Below are positions 49,347 through 60,381 of a stretch of DNA of 64,000 bases, in pieces. The stretch lies in the NCBI GenBank assembly GCA_963666285.1, contig OY762711.1. One strand, 5' to 3'. The position numbers and the translations under genes are program-made. The first letter of the stretch is position 1. The number at the start of each line of letters is the position of its first letter. The notes beneath the pieces were generated by a model, which did not search any database, was not told where the DNA came from, and saw nothing but the letters and a program-made list of their open reading frames with translations. This DNA is from Sedimentisphaerales bacterium (lineage in GTDB: Bacteria > Planctomycetota > Phycisphaerae > Sedimentisphaerales > SM23-30).

Positions 49347-49967
49347 TTATTTTCCCATTCTCCTAAATCTGCCAGCCAGCCTTGTTCCAATACCGGCTAA
49401 CAATAATGCCCCCGGTGCTGGTACAGCAATGCTGCTAACTTCCACTACCCCATAAGCATAATCATATACGCCGGAAGCAGGCGGATTAACGATATCATGC
49501 CACATGCCACTAGCTCCAGCTTGATACCAATCGCTAACGAATACTCCACAAACACTTTCAGCATAGATATCCCAGGCTGAGTTTGTCGGTTGACCGTTAA
49601 GCCAGTTGGTATAGCTGCTGCTTTCTCCGCTGATCCATTCCCAGATATTATCCGGGTCAGTAGCGTAGTCCAGGTTCTGATATCCAATCCAAAGCGAACC
49701 GAAATCGGCATCTCCGTTTGCAGCTGTAAGCCGATCTACTACTGTTTGGGCAAATGAATTAAATACCCAGGCATCTTCACCGGCATCATTAATAGTTGCC
49801 AGATGGCCGCCCAGGGTGACAGCTTCAGCTTCGGCATCTGTCCAGGTAGATTGTTCGAGCAAATAATAAGTATGGCCGTTATAATATTCAGTTTGAATAA
49901 TATTAGCCTGCGAAGCTACTGCAAGGACAAAGATTAAAACCCCTGCAACAAAAATTCTTTTATACAT
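49347..49967 (-). CDS. C-type lectin domain protein with VPAPGA sorting tail
   Basis: GHTYYLL...TWTDAEAEAVTLGGHLATIND, WIG, YTNW..GQP; tail VPAPGALLLAGIGTRLAGRFRR. Confidence 0.88.
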   Translation of the reverse strand: MYKRIFVAGVLIFVLAVASQANIIQTEYYNGHTYYLLEQSTWTDAEAEAVTLGGHLATINDAGEDAWVFNSFAQTVVDRLTAANGDADFGSLWIGYQNLDYATDPDNIWEWISGESSSYTNWLNGQPTNSAWDIYAESVCGVFVSDWYQAGASGMWHDIVNPPASGVYDYAYGVVEVSSIAVPAPGALLLAGIGTRLAGRFRRMGK

Positions 49968-50610
49968 ATATTCTTCCCTTTCAAACGAGGTCAGTAAAGT
50001 TATCCTCCCTTTCCTGATTTTTGACCCCCTAAAAAACCAGAAGGGTATCTAATATAACATCAAATATTTGCTGATAGTCATTCAGGTAGAATCAACACAT
50101 AAAATCACTCTGACTGGCTGCTGAGGAAAAACAGCCACAATAATTAAAACTATATGGAGCTTGCAGAATATAGTCAAATTCATATGTAGAAGAAAAAATG
50201 AGTACGGATGTGTTTTTCAATTCTGCCAAATCTGCAATGTCATATATTATAATCTTTTATACAACTATGCCTGTTTATATAGTTTATTCCACCTATACTA
50301 AAAACATAATTGTGCTTATGATAAAATAAGAGTAAAGCATATTCGCTGATATTGATTCAAAGGCGTCCTGTTTGGGGCATATGGGCATGATATAAAAATA
50401 AATTAAAAAGTAACATGTTTAACTTATTGTAAATATTGAACTTATTTAATCCTGGGCAAAATTGTCAATGAAATATAAATATTAATTAAAACCCCTTATA
50501 GGTGTACGGCGTAAAATTCCATAACATCTATTCGAGTTGAATTAGTTTCTTTCAGGGACACCCTTAAGGGTTGAAGTTACTATAATTAAACAGTCACGGC
50601 ATATTGCCGG

Positions 50611-51501
50611 ATGGAAGGAAATGATATGATTTGGGACAGGGTAAAGAAATCGGTAACAGGTTTTAACTATCGAGATGCTTTCGGTCAGCTGGATCAGATT
50701 CTCAGTGGCGATGCAACCCAGATCTCATCATTAGAAAAAGGGGAGATAGAATTACCAATCAAAAACCTGATTGTTGTTATGGTTCTTCTAGGAGTACTTT
50801 ATGGCATATGCATCGGGTCATTTAACCTATTACATCCTTTAGGGGAAGATGCCGTAATAACAATGGGTGATGCCTGGAAACAGCTTTTTGCCAGTATAAT
50901 AAAATTCCCATTATTATTTGTTCTAACATTATTTATTACCTTACCGTCACTGTATGTTTTTAATGCATTGGTAGGTTCGAGATTAAATTTCCTATCGGTG
51001 CTGAAACTCCTGGTAAGTTCTATTGCAATTATGTTGACCATACTGGCGTCATTAGGACCTATAGTTATTTTCTTTTCATTATGCACCACCAGCTATCATT
51101 TTATCCTGTTGCTTAATGTTGTTGTTTGCAGTGTTGGTGGTTTTCTGGCTTTGGCTTTTTTACTAAGGACGCTGCATAGACTGATTTTAGCACAGGATTT
51201 ATTACTGCCGGCCGGGTTAGTAGTAAATGAAGTGTACGAAGACAATGAGACAGATAAAGATAAAACCGGTAAGAAATCAAATAAGCTAAGTGCATTAGAA
51301 AAGTTTGGTCCGACAAATAAGAAAGCAAAAAATGTAATACGGATATGGGTGGTAGTGTTTGGGCTTGTTGGGGCGCAAATGAGTTGGGTTTTAAGACCGT
51401 TTATTGGCAGCCCTCATTCGCATTTTGAATTATTTAGAGCGAGAGAAAGTAATTTCTTTATGGCGGTATTAAATTCATTAATGAATTTACTTGGCGGATA
51501 A
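50611..51501 (+). CDS. Integral membrane protein of unknown function, paralog 1
   Basis: About 5 TM helices; C-terminal GAQMSWVLRPFIG; start may be ATG 50626. Confidence 0.75.
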   Translation: MEGNDMIWDRVKKSVTGFNYRDAFGQLDQILSGDATQISSLEKGEIELPIKNLIVVMVLLGVLYGICIGSFNLLHPLGEDAVITMGDAWKQLFASIIKFPLLFVLTLFITLPSLYVFNALVGSRLNFLSVLKLLVSSIAIMLTILASLGPIVIFFSLCTTSYHFILLLNVVVCSVGGFLALAFLLRTLHRLILAQDLLLPAGLVVNEVYEDNETDKDKTGKKSNKLSALEKFGPTNKKAKNVIRIWVVVFGLVGAQMSWVLRPFIGSPHSHFELFRARESNFFMAVLNSLMNLLGG

Positions 51502-51528
51502 TATATCGTTGAGTACAGGAGAAAATGG

Positions 51529-52185
51529 TTGCTGATAAAGTTAGCCGACAATATAATACGGGCAAAACCTGAAGTACTTGAGTCTGGTTCGACGAGACAA
51601 ACTCTGATTAATCTGGCAAAAGTGTTGTGCATGTCAGGGATGTTTTATGGCAGTGTAATGGGAAGTTTTGCCGGGATATTCGGCGACCGTTTTTTTCAGG
51701 TTATTTTTTCAGCGGTCAAGGTACCAATGCTTTTAATGGTAACTTTTGGTCTTAGTTTACCATTTTTTTATGTTCTTAATACACTCTATGGTTTGCGAGA
51801 TGATTTCAAAAAAGTACTCCGCAGCCTGCTGGCAACCCAGGCATGTGTTACAATCATTCTTATGTCACTCTCGCCATTAACAGCATTATGGTATATCTCA
51901 TTTGATAACTATAGAACGGCAATACTTGTAAACTTTATAATGTTTTCGTTTGCCGCAGGCAGCTCGCAGCTTGTACTGAAAAGATTTTATCGCCCTCTGG
52001 TTGAGTCTAATCCGGTACACCTGAAATTGCTGAGATTCTGGATAATCATATATGGATTCGTTGGTGTTCAGATGGGGTGGGTTCTGAGACCATTTATAGG
52101 TGATCCAAATTCACAGGTTCAGTTTTTTCGAGATGGAGCCTGGGGGAATGCATACCTGGAGCTGTTCAGAATAATTTTCCGATGA
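51529..52185 (+). CDS. Integral membrane protein of unknown function, paralog 2
   Basis: TTG start 7 nt after AGGAG; GVQMGWVLRPFIG motif shared with the upstream gene. Confidence 0.75.
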   Translation: MLIKLADNIIRAKPEVLESGSTRQTLINLAKVLCMSGMFYGSVMGSFAGIFGDRFFQVIFSAVKVPMLLMVTFGLSLPFFYVLNTLYGLRDDFKKVLRSLLATQACVTIILMSLSPLTALWYISFDNYRTAILVNFIMFSFAAGSSQLVLKRFYRPLVESNPVHLKLLRFWIIIYGFVGVQMGWVLRPFIGDPNSQVQFFRDGAWGNAYLELFRIIFR

Positions 52186-52190
52186 TATGG

Positions 52191-52463
52191 TTATTCGATT
52201 TTTCCCGAATTCTGTTTTTTTAATCTGTATATGGCAAAGGCGATTCCGACCAGGCAAAGTCCTTTCATAACCAGCAGCCACCATGGCCGCCACCAGGCAC
52301 CGGTCTGAACCTCGATGAAATCAGATATGCCAAATATAATAAAGGACACCATCAGCAGCAGGGCATCCGGGATACTTTTGCGGTAAAATAAAAGAAGGGT
52401 TGCCATAGCTATTATCTGCCAGACAACACCTTCTATATAATTGTATATTGTGTGCATATCCAT
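52191..52463 (-). CDS. Small 3-TM membrane protein
   Basis: FGISDFIEVQTGAWWRPWWLL; starts 2 nt after the GH97 stop. Confidence 0.7.
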   Translation of the reverse strand: MDMHTIYNYIEGVVWQIIAMATLLLFYRKSIPDALLLMVSFIIFGISDFIEVQTGAWWRPWWLLVMKGLCLVGIAFAIYRLKKQNSGKIE

Positions 52464-52465
52464 TG

Positions 52466-54433
52466 TTATTTGACAGGCTCAATTATGGCTGCATATCCGC
52501 CACCGCAAGCCAGTTTAATATCGAGTTTAGTTTTTCGATTGACTTCGATTGTGTCCATAACGTTATCTGTAGCATCTTCGTTGGCGTTTGGCCCGTCTGC
52601 CCAATATCTTAGCCGGTAAGTGCCATCACCAAGAAAATCAAGCGGCAGATTCAGCTCGCGACTATCCCAGTTTGTCATAGCACCCAGGAACCATTTATCA
52701 TTATGGCGTCTGGCAACAGCAACTGTTTTGCCAACTTCTGCTTCCAGTACTACTGTCTGGTTCCAGGTTGTCGGCACTTCACGAAGGAATATCATACTGT
52801 CAGGGTTTTTGCGATATTTGGTTGGAGTGTCAGCAAGCATCTGGAGAGGTGCCAGGTAAACAACGTACATTGCCAGCTGCTGACAGCGAGTGCCCTGGCT
52901 GCCGGGGTTTGCGTGTATCGGCTTAAAAGTAGATTTTGTGTAGTTGTCCATCGCTCCCGGAGTATAGTCCATCGGACCTGCCATCATCCGGTTGAACGGC
53001 AGCAGAACAGCCATGTCCGGTGAAGCAAGGTCGCACCATTTACTCTGTTCCATACCCAGCACTGATTCATGGTTGATTACATTGGGGTAAGTTCGCTGCA
53101 GTCCGGTTGGTTTTGACCCGCCGTGGAAATCGACTAACAATTTGTGTTTCGCTGCTTCAACGGCAACTTTCTGGCAGAAATCCATCATCGCCTGGTCATC
53201 TCTCTGCATGAAATCTACTTTTAGCCCTACTATGCCCCATTCGTCGAATTGTTTGAATGCCTTGTCGAAACTACGCTGCAGGGCCGCTGAAGTCATCCAC
53301 AGGATAACGCCGACGTTTTTAGAGTTACCGTATTCCACTAGTTTGGCAATGTCAAGTGATGGTACAACTTCCAGTAGTGTTTCAGGTCCTCTTACGCTCC
53401 ATCCTTCGTCCAGGATAATATATTGAAGACCGTTTGCTGATGCGAAATCAATATAGTTTTTGTATGTGTCCTGGTTTACGCCTGCCTTGAAATCGACATC
53501 GGTTATGTTCCAGCAATTCCACCAGTCCCATGCCACTTTGCCAGGCTTGATCCATGAAGTATCTCCCAGCCTGCAAGGGTCTGCCAGCGAAAACAGCATG
53601 GTAGATGTCAGCATGTTTTTAGGTTCGGCGATAACAAATGCCCGCCACGGAAAACTTCTTGTTCCGGAAGTGTCGGCAAGGTAGTTGTATGTTTTGGCTA
53701 CCTTATCGTTTCGGTCGCCTTCGAGTTTTACCTCTTCCGGATAGTATGGAAATATGGAGTTTATTACATTACCTTCGCCCGGCTTGAGCCAAAGACCGGG
53801 GTATTCTTCGACATTAACATCGGTGATGAGCAGGTATCTTTTGCCAAGTTCAACCAGAACCGGAGTGCTTGCAATATTATTTGAATAATTCAGTTCCGAA
53901 AGTTTTTTGTATTCGAAATTACATTCCTGGTGAGAGAAAAAGTCTTTTCCGTTTGGAACGGGATAATATACCTTATAATCGTCTGAGAAGTACATTGCAA
54001 TGTCTTCGGCATTGACTTTGACTTTTTGTCTTTTCAGGCTGCTTTCCCAGCGATACGCAACGCCGTCATTGTAAGCCTGAATACATAAAGATATTTGTCG
54101 GCCGAATAAGATTTTTGTTTCATTGCAGTTGACCTGAACCTGGTCGCATATGGTTTTTAAGGTTGGGGTTACAGACTGGTTGATAACTTTACTGTCGATG
54201 CCGGCGATATCTTTATCTGGGTATTGCTGCCCGTCGATAGTAATAGAAATCGGACTGTTTTCTATTACCATTTTCCCATCAGCTTTGATGCTGTAGGTCA
54301 GGGAATTGTCCTGATAGTTTACAATAAAGGATAGTTTCCCATCTGGTGATTTTGTAACTATATCTTTGGCATGGGTTAATACTGTGAATTGTAAGATAAT
54401 TACGATAAAGATTTTTAGTAGTGATGATCTCAT
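52466..54433 (-). CDS. Secreted GH97 alpha-glucosidase/galactosidase
   Basis: SWIKPGKVAWDWW, ILDEGW, GLKVDF and GPMDYTPG motifs. Confidence 0.93.
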   Translation of the reverse strand: MRSSLLKIFIVIILQFTVLTHAKDIVTKSPDGKLSFIVNYQDNSLTYSIKADGKMVIENSPISITIDGQQYPDKDIAGIDSKVINQSVTPTLKTICDQVQVNCNETKILFGRQISLCIQAYNDGVAYRWESSLKRQKVKVNAEDIAMYFSDDYKVYYPVPNGKDFFSHQECNFEYKKLSELNYSNNIASTPVLVELGKRYLLITDVNVEEYPGLWLKPGEGNVINSIFPYYPEEVKLEGDRNDKVAKTYNYLADTSGTRSFPWRAFVIAEPKNMLTSTMLFSLADPCRLGDTSWIKPGKVAWDWWNCWNITDVDFKAGVNQDTYKNYIDFASANGLQYIILDEGWSVRGPETLLEVVPSLDIAKLVEYGNSKNVGVILWMTSAALQRSFDKAFKQFDEWGIVGLKVDFMQRDDQAMMDFCQKVAVEAAKHKLLVDFHGGSKPTGLQRTYPNVINHESVLGMEQSKWCDLASPDMAVLLPFNRMMAGPMDYTPGAMDNYTKSTFKPIHANPGSQGTRCQQLAMYVVYLAPLQMLADTPTKYRKNPDSMIFLREVPTTWNQTVVLEAEVGKTVAVARRHNDKWFLGAMTNWDSRELNLPLDFLGDGTYRLRYWADGPNANEDATDNVMDTIEVNRKTKLDIKLACGGGYAAIIEPVK

Positions 54434-54652
54434 GGCCTAATCCTTTCTAAATATTGCCTGTTGGTTTACAAGATTTATTTGGAAACATTATAGATTAGAT
54501 AAAAGGCCACATCAACTATCTTTATCAATATTATCTTGATCCAAATGATATAAGATCAATTAGTTATAGGATTTTTAGGCATACAGTCAGACTGATTGGA
54601 TGAAAATTGGAATAAAAATAGAATGCCGGCACAAAAAACTGTGCAATCCGGT

Positions 54653-55636
54653 TTAATCTTTATCGTCAAATCTTTTCTGGTAGGCGTGGCAGTACGGCTG
54701 TTTGCCGGTTTTTATGTAGTAATTCTGGTGATAGTCTTCGGCAGGCCAGAAAGTTGTTGCCGGGGTTAACCTGGTAACAACATTAAGCCCTTTATCTCTG
54801 AGGACTCGAATTAGGTTTTCGGCTGTTTCTTTTTGATTTTCACTGGTATAGAAGATTTCCGATCTGTATTGTTCGCCGATATCCGGCCCCTGGCCGTTAA
54901 CCTGGGTAGGATCATGGGTTTCAAAATACATCTTAGCCAGCTCTTCGTAGTTTAGCTGGTTGGGGTCGAAAGCTATTTCAATAGCCTCGGCATGACCGGT
55001 TAGTCCGGTGCAAACTTGTTTATAAGTAGGGTTCGCTATATTACCACCGGTATAACCGACGATGGAATATATAATGCCTTTCATCTTTTGCAGCTGGTAT
55101 TGAACGCCCCAGAAGCACCCGGAAGCAAAAACTGCTTTCTCATACTTGCTTTCCGGAATGAAATCCATTGAAATTGAGTTTACACAATGTCGCGTGTTTT
55201 TTTGGGTAAATCCTTCCCCGCGAAAAACGTGGCCAAGATGCCCTTTGCAATTGTTGCACAGGATTTCAACACGATATCCGTCCGCGTCCGGCTGCTCAAG
55301 TACCTTGTCCGGGATCGAATCGTCGAAGCTGGGCCAGCCGCATTCGCTTTTGAATTTGCTGTCAGATATATACAGAGCTGTTCCGCATTGCCGACAGGTA
55401 TAAACACCTTTTTCATTATGATCGTTAAACTTGCCGGTAAACGGTTTTTCTGTTCCCTTGTTGATAATTACATATTGTTCTTCCGGTGTTAGTTCTCTAT
55501 AAGACATAAGCTTCTCGATACTAAATTGATTTTGTTGCTTTTTATTTGTTTTATTGTTTTCTTTGCTGACTGCTATTATGGATATCAGCAGTATGATAGC
55601 AAGTGCGGAAAATATAGTAATAATTCTTTTTTTCAT
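54653..55636 (-). CDS. msrAB: Exported MsrB-MsrA fusion methionine sulfoxide reductase
   Basis: Signal peptide; CGWPSF, GHLGHVF, RHCVNS (MsrB); GCFWG, AEDYHQNY (MsrA). Confidence 0.93.
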   Translation of the reverse strand: MKKRIITIFSALAIILLISIIAVSKENNKTNKKQQNQFSIEKLMSYRELTPEEQYVIINKGTEKPFTGKFNDHNEKGVYTCRQCGTALYISDSKFKSECGWPSFDDSIPDKVLEQPDADGYRVEILCNNCKGHLGHVFRGEGFTQKNTRHCVNSISMDFIPESKYEKAVFASGCFWGVQYQLQKMKGIIYSIVGYTGGNIANPTYKQVCTGLTGHAEAIEIAFDPNQLNYEELAKMYFETHDPTQVNGQGPDIGEQYRSEIFYTSENQKETAENLIRVLRDKGLNVVTRLTPATTFWPAEDYHQNYYIKTGKQPYCHAYQKRFDDKD

Positions 55637-55737
55637 GGCCGCTTCTCCTTACATATAGTTCTACTAGATTATAGCGATATTAGGGAGAATCAGGCAAATG
55701 GTATTGTCTGGTATGTAAATATATGCGATAGTTAAGT

Positions 55738-57144
55738 TTAACTTAAAACGTTTAACAGCAGTAATCCGAGAGCAAAATATACCATAAAGCTTAAAATATC
55801 GTTGGCTGTTGTGATAAGCGGGCCTGAACTTATTGCCGGGTCTATGCCTACCTTCCTGAAGAAGTAAGGCAGAAACAGTCCCAATAATGTTGACAGCGAG
55901 ACGGCACTAAACATTGCCAGTCCTACTGATAAAGCTATTGTTACTACATCTTTGAAATTGGCATCTTCAAAAATGCTGAGTCCTGTCAGGGCAACCGTGC
56001 TGGAAACGAGAGCACAAATGAGAGCAACGATAAGAGACGCCTTTATTTCACGCTGCAATACCTGTATCAGGTCAAGAGCGGCCAGGTCACCGGTTGCCAG
56101 ACCGCGAACAACTACTGTTGATGTCTGCATGCCGCTGTTGCCGCCCATAGCTGTAACGGCAGGAACAAAAGTGATTATATGTTTCCATATTTCTGGATTT
56201 GATAGTGAAGCATATTTATTTGCGAAGAATTTATATAGAACGATAGCAGACAGCATCGATCCGCTCATACAGATAAGCAGCCAGGGCAGGCGTACTAAGG
56301 CAATTTTGAGTGACTTATGAGTGTCAAGTTCGTCCGGGTGAGTACCGGCCATTTTCAAAACGTCTTCTTCTGCTTCCTCATCCATAACGTCAACAATATC
56401 GTCAACAGTAATTCTACCGACCAGTATGCCGTTGTCATCTACAACAGGTGCAGATACCAGGTCGTTTTTACGGAATGTATTTGCAATTACTTCCTGGTCG
56501 TCACTGAGATGGATAAAAGGTATCTCGTCATCAATAATATCTTTTATATCAGTTTTACGCGGGTATTTTAGCAGGGTATGAATGTCAATTGATCCTAAAA
56601 GCTTATCTTCTGAATCAACAACAAAAACGTTGAAAAAATGTTCGTCATGGTCAGCTTCCCGATACGCCCTTATTGCGTCTCTGATAGTCTGGTCGATTTG
56701 GACCTTGACTACTTCCGGTGTCATAATACCACCGGCAGAGTCTTCCTGGTAGCTAAGCAGTTTTTCGATTTGTTCGGAATCTATTTCGCCGATATGCTCC
56801 AGGACCTTTTCAGCCTGTTGGTCACTGAACTCTGCAATAACGTCAGCTACTTCATCCGGAGGCAGAGAAGACAGCATCTCGCCGAGTTCTTCTCCGGTCA
56901 TATCCTCGACTACTTCGCTTAGGGTTGCTTCGTCGATTTTCTCCAGAACTTCACCGGCATCTTTTGGCTCCAACAGGTCAAACAGTACCTGGCGGGCGAT
57001 TTCGTCCAGTACTTCAACAACTTCAGCTACTTCTGAGGTTCTTGAGACGCTAAGCAGTTCTTTAAGCTGCTCAAAGTCTTTTGCTTCGATAAGCTGCTCG
57101 ATATTCTCCAGCAATTGTTTTGTCTGGCTGTGATGGTCTTGCAT
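55738..57144 (-). CDS. mgtE: Magnesium transporter MgtE
   Basis: SAGGIMT, CBS pair, RLPWL, MGGNSGMQ and IDPAISSGPLITTAND motifs. Confidence 0.95.
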   Translation of the reverse strand: MQDHHSQTKQLLENIEQLIEAKDFEQLKELLSVSRTSEVAEVVEVLDEIARQVLFDLLEPKDAGEVLEKIDEATLSEVVEDMTGEELGEMLSSLPPDEVADVIAEFSDQQAEKVLEHIGEIDSEQIEKLLSYQEDSAGGIMTPEVVKVQIDQTIRDAIRAYREADHDEHFFNVFVVDSEDKLLGSIDIHTLLKYPRKTDIKDIIDDEIPFIHLSDDQEVIANTFRKNDLVSAPVVDDNGILVGRITVDDIVDVMDEEAEEDVLKMAGTHPDELDTHKSLKIALVRLPWLLICMSGSMLSAIVLYKFFANKYASLSNPEIWKHIITFVPAVTAMGGNSGMQTSTVVVRGLATGDLAALDLIQVLQREIKASLIVALICALVSSTVALTGLSIFEDANFKDVVTIALSVGLAMFSAVSLSTLLGLFLPYFFRKVGIDPAISSGPLITTANDILSFMVYFALGLLLLNVLS

Positions 57145-57458
57145 GCTATCCTCATTTTCTGTATATCTTGAAGTTGACGACTTTTTTTGTGGTGGTTACA
57201 ATATATGCTTTGCTGCCAGATGTTTATCTTTGAATGAAAATAATAACAGACTGGCTAACATACATAAAATGACAACCCGACCAGTATATTATGATTCAAC
57301 CCGGATTTCCAGTATAATCATACAACCTTGGCAGCTTACAGTTAAAATATTTTAACCTTATTATTGTCATTTTATTACATGTGGCTTAGTACAGGTATAA
57401 GCCTTGTATATATTTATAGTGCCGACTATTTACACGAGTTATTAGAAATATTAAATTT

Positions 57459-58061
57459 ATGTCAGTTAAGCTTAAAAAAATAGGAATACTGGGCGGACCA
57501 GGTTCCGGAAAAAGTACGGTTGCAGAGGTTTTTGCCGAGCAGGGTTGCGGCATAATAAATGCCGATAAACTTAATCACCAGGTGCTTGAAAGAGATGATA
57601 TTATAGCCCGGATAGTCGAAATATGGGGTAGTCAGGTAGTGGGTTTAGATGGTAAGATCGACCGCGGAATCCTTGGGAAAGTGGTTTTTTCGGGTACTAA
57701 TAGCTTAAATACTCTGGTGGAGATAGTGCATCCGGAGATTTTTAAGCTTATGGAAAAGCAGGTAGAAAACTTTGAGCGATCAGGCCAGGTAAAAGCAATT
57801 ATTTTTGATGTGCCGCTGCTAATGGAGGTTGGCTGGGAGAATAAGTGTGATATTCTGGTCTTTGTTAAAGTTCATGATTGTGTCAGACGTTCCAGACTGA
57901 AAAATACCCGGAATTGGGACGAAAATTTCATAAAAAATATAGAAAATTCGCAGATTTTACTGGACAAGAAGGAGAAAATCTCCGATTATATAGTCGAAAA
58001 CAGTTCTGATATTTCCAATTTGCGCTTACAGATTGAGCGTATTTTTCCCGAAATGCTTTAA
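57459..58061 (+). CDS. coaE: Dephospho-CoA kinase
   Basis: GILGGPGSGKSTVA, IDRGILGKVVF, IVHP and DVPLLME motifs. Confidence 0.93.
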   Translation: MSVKLKKIGILGGPGSGKSTVAEVFAEQGCGIINADKLNHQVLERDDIIARIVEIWGSQVVGLDGKIDRGILGKVVFSGTNSLNTLVEIVHPEIFKLMEKQVENFERSGQVKAIIFDVPLLMEVGWENKCDILVFVKVHDCVRRSRLKNTRNWDENFIKNIENSQILLDKKEKISDYIVENSSDISNLRLQIERIFPEML

Positions 58062-58433
58062 CAGATATCAGAGATTGTTTCCATATAGCAGGCCTGCATA
58101 AGATAATATCTCTATTTTTTTTGATTTGATATATATAATATGCCGGTCACATCAAAGGCAGGATAATAATACCTAAATATTGTGATTGCCGCCGGGGCTT
58201 AGAAATTATTTTTGTGTCATGGATGATTCCTGATTATAAATTTCTGAAAGCCAGGTATTATTGTCTTTACAAATCAAAATTTTCCATTGAGAAAAAACTC
58301 AACGGTTAATTACATATCGTAACTGCAGGACTTCCAAAATAAATAAGAATGCAGAACGTTTTTACTGCGAGCGTATGTATCTCGTATGTAAAGGCTTATA
58401 TTATATTGTTTACTTATACAGGAGTTGTATGAC

Positions 58434-60164
58434 ATGGCAAGAGCCAAAAAAACAACTAGCAAAGCCGCTGATGAATCAGTTGAGCAAGAAGAGCTATTTG
58501 ACGACTTTGATAAAGAACTTGAAGCTGAGAGCAGCAAAGCAACAAAAAAGAAGACTGCAAAAAAGAAAACAGCTGCTAATAAAAAGTCAGCTGCTGACAG
58601 CAATCTGGAGTCAGAATTTGATAACGATTTTGAAGAGAATGCTATCGAGGCTGAGAAGCAGAAACAGCAGCAGAGAAAACAGCATTACAATAACAATAAT
58701 AATAACAATAACAACAAGAATAAAAATAATGGTTCTAACGGGAGGTCAAAAAATAACAAAAAGAAATCCGGTTCGAACAATAATAACAGGAACAATAATA
58801 GAAACAATAATAGAAGTGGTGCCGATGAAGATCCGTCAAAGTTCAAGTCTTTGATGGAATATGACACCGAAACTTATGAACGGTATGAAGAGGCCAAGAA
58901 GAGTAATCTGCATATTAAAGAGCTGCAAAAGATGGAAGTTGAAGAGCTTCGTGAAATTGCAAAATCTGAAGGGCTCGACGAGTATGCCGGGTTGAAGAAG
59001 CAGGACCTTATCTTTATGATCGTTCGTAACCGTATTCGTATGAACGGTCTGATGTATGGTGAAGGTGTATTGGAGCTGCTGCCGGATGGTTATGGTTTTC
59101 TGCGTACTCCTGACTATAATTATGTGCCGTGTCCTGATGACATTTATGTGTCGCCGTCTCAGATTCGTCGTTTTGGTTTGCGTAATGGTAATATTGTTGC
59201 CGGTGCGATCAGGCCGCCGAAGGAATCAGAAAAGTATTTTGCTTTGCTGCGTGTTGAAGCGGTGAACTATGAAGATCCGGAAGCGTTGACAGAAAAGACT
59301 GTCTTTGAAGATCTTACCCCGCTCCATCCGGAAGAGAGACTGGTATTGGAGACATCTTCAAACGAATTGAATATGCGTATTGTTGACCTGGTGACTCCTA
59401 TTGGTAAAGGTCAGCGTGGTCTGATCGTTGCTCCGCCTCGTACCGGTAAAACAGTTCTGCTCCAGAAGATTACAAATTCAATCGCACAGAATCATAAAGA
59501 AGTTCATCTGATTGTTCTTCTTATTGATGAGCGTCCTGAAGAAGTAACAGAAATGAAACGTGCTACCGGTGAAGACGTGGAAGTTGTCAGCAGTTGTTTT
59601 GACGAACCTGCCAGCCGTCACGTTCAGGTTGCCGAGATGGTAATCGAAAAGGCCAAGAGAATGGTCGAGTTCGGTCGCGATGTTATTATCGTGCTTGACT
59701 CTATCACACGTCTGGCTCGTGCATACAATACTGAGATGCCTCACTCTGGTAAGATTCTTACCGGTGGTGTTGATGCTAACGCCCTGCAGAAGCCTAAGAA
59801 ATTCTTCGGTGCTGCCCGTAACATCGAAGAGGGTGGTTCGCTGACTATCCTGGCAACTGCCCTGGTTGATACCGGATCAAAGATGGACGAAGTTATTTTC
59901 GAAGAGTTCAAAGGTACCGGTAATATGGAACTGCATCTTGACCGTCGTCTGGTTGAGCGTCGTACCTGGCCGGCTATTGATATCAGCCGCAGTGGTACCC
60001 GTAAGGAAGAATTGCTCATGGATCCGAAAGAACTAGAACTCTCTTATCGTCTGCGTAAGATTCTCAGCGATATGAATCCGGTCGAAAGCGTAGAATTGCT
60101 CAAGACCAGGTTGAAAAAGACCAGCAGCAATGCCGAGTTCCTCATGACAATGAACCTGAGCTAA
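58434..60164 (+). CDS. rho: Transcription termination factor Rho with long N-terminal low-complexity extension
   Basis: [32 protein letters not shown] and FKGTGNME motifs; ATG 58434 after AGGAG. Confidence 0.97.
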   Translation: MARAKKTTSKAADESVEQEELFDDFDKELEAESSKATKKKTAKKKTAANKKSAADSNLESEFDNDFEENAIEAEKQKQQQRKQHYNNNNNNNNNKNKNNGSNGRSKNNKKKSGSNNNNRNNNRNNNRSGADEDPSKFKSLMEYDTETYERYEEAKKSNLHIKELQKMEVEELREIAKSEGLDEYAGLKKQDLIFMIVRNRIRMNGLMYGEGVLELLPDGYGFLRTPDYNYVPCPDDIYVSPSQIRRFGLRNGNIVAGAIRPPKESEKYFALLRVEAVNYEDPEALTEKTVFEDLTPLHPEERLVLETSSNELNMRIVDLVTPIGKGQRGLIVAPPRTGKTVLLQKITNSIAQNHKEVHLIVLLIDERPEEVTEMKRATGEDVEVVSSCFDEPASRHVQVAEMVIEKAKRMVEFGRDVIIVLDSITRLARAYNTEMPHSGKILTGGVDANALQKPKKFFGAARNIEEGGSLTILATALVDTGSKMDEVIFEEFKGTGNMELHLDRRLVERRTWPAIDISRSGTRKEELLMDPKELELSYRLRKILSDMNPVESVELLKTRLKKTSSNAEFLMTMNLS

Positions 60165-60222
60165 CCGGGCTTTGCCTGGGCTTGATCTGGGCGGTTTGAC
60201 TACCTGGTTAAATTGAATTATT

Positions 60223-60256
60223 AAAGGGTAACCAATATTATTTGGTTGCCCTTTTT
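60223..60256 (+). terminator. Intrinsic terminator after rho
   Basis: AAAGGGTAACCAA / TTGGTTGCCCTTT followed by TT. Confidence 0.75.
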
Positions 60257-60381
60257 CATGCGCATATTATGGAGAACGAGCAAAATAGTACAATAATTTA
60301 TTTTTTTGAAACAAATTTAATGCTTGGGCGTCTAAGTTTATGAGAGACAGTGTTTTTATATACTAAAATGGAGATTCATCA

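Noticed and set aside
58375..58854. 159-aa + strand ORF overlapping the rho 5' end (and antisense ORFs 58310-58603, 58685-58867)
   Set aside because: Off-frame readings of the low-complexity AAT/AAC/AAG tract (ITITIII, LLLL); no independent evidence.
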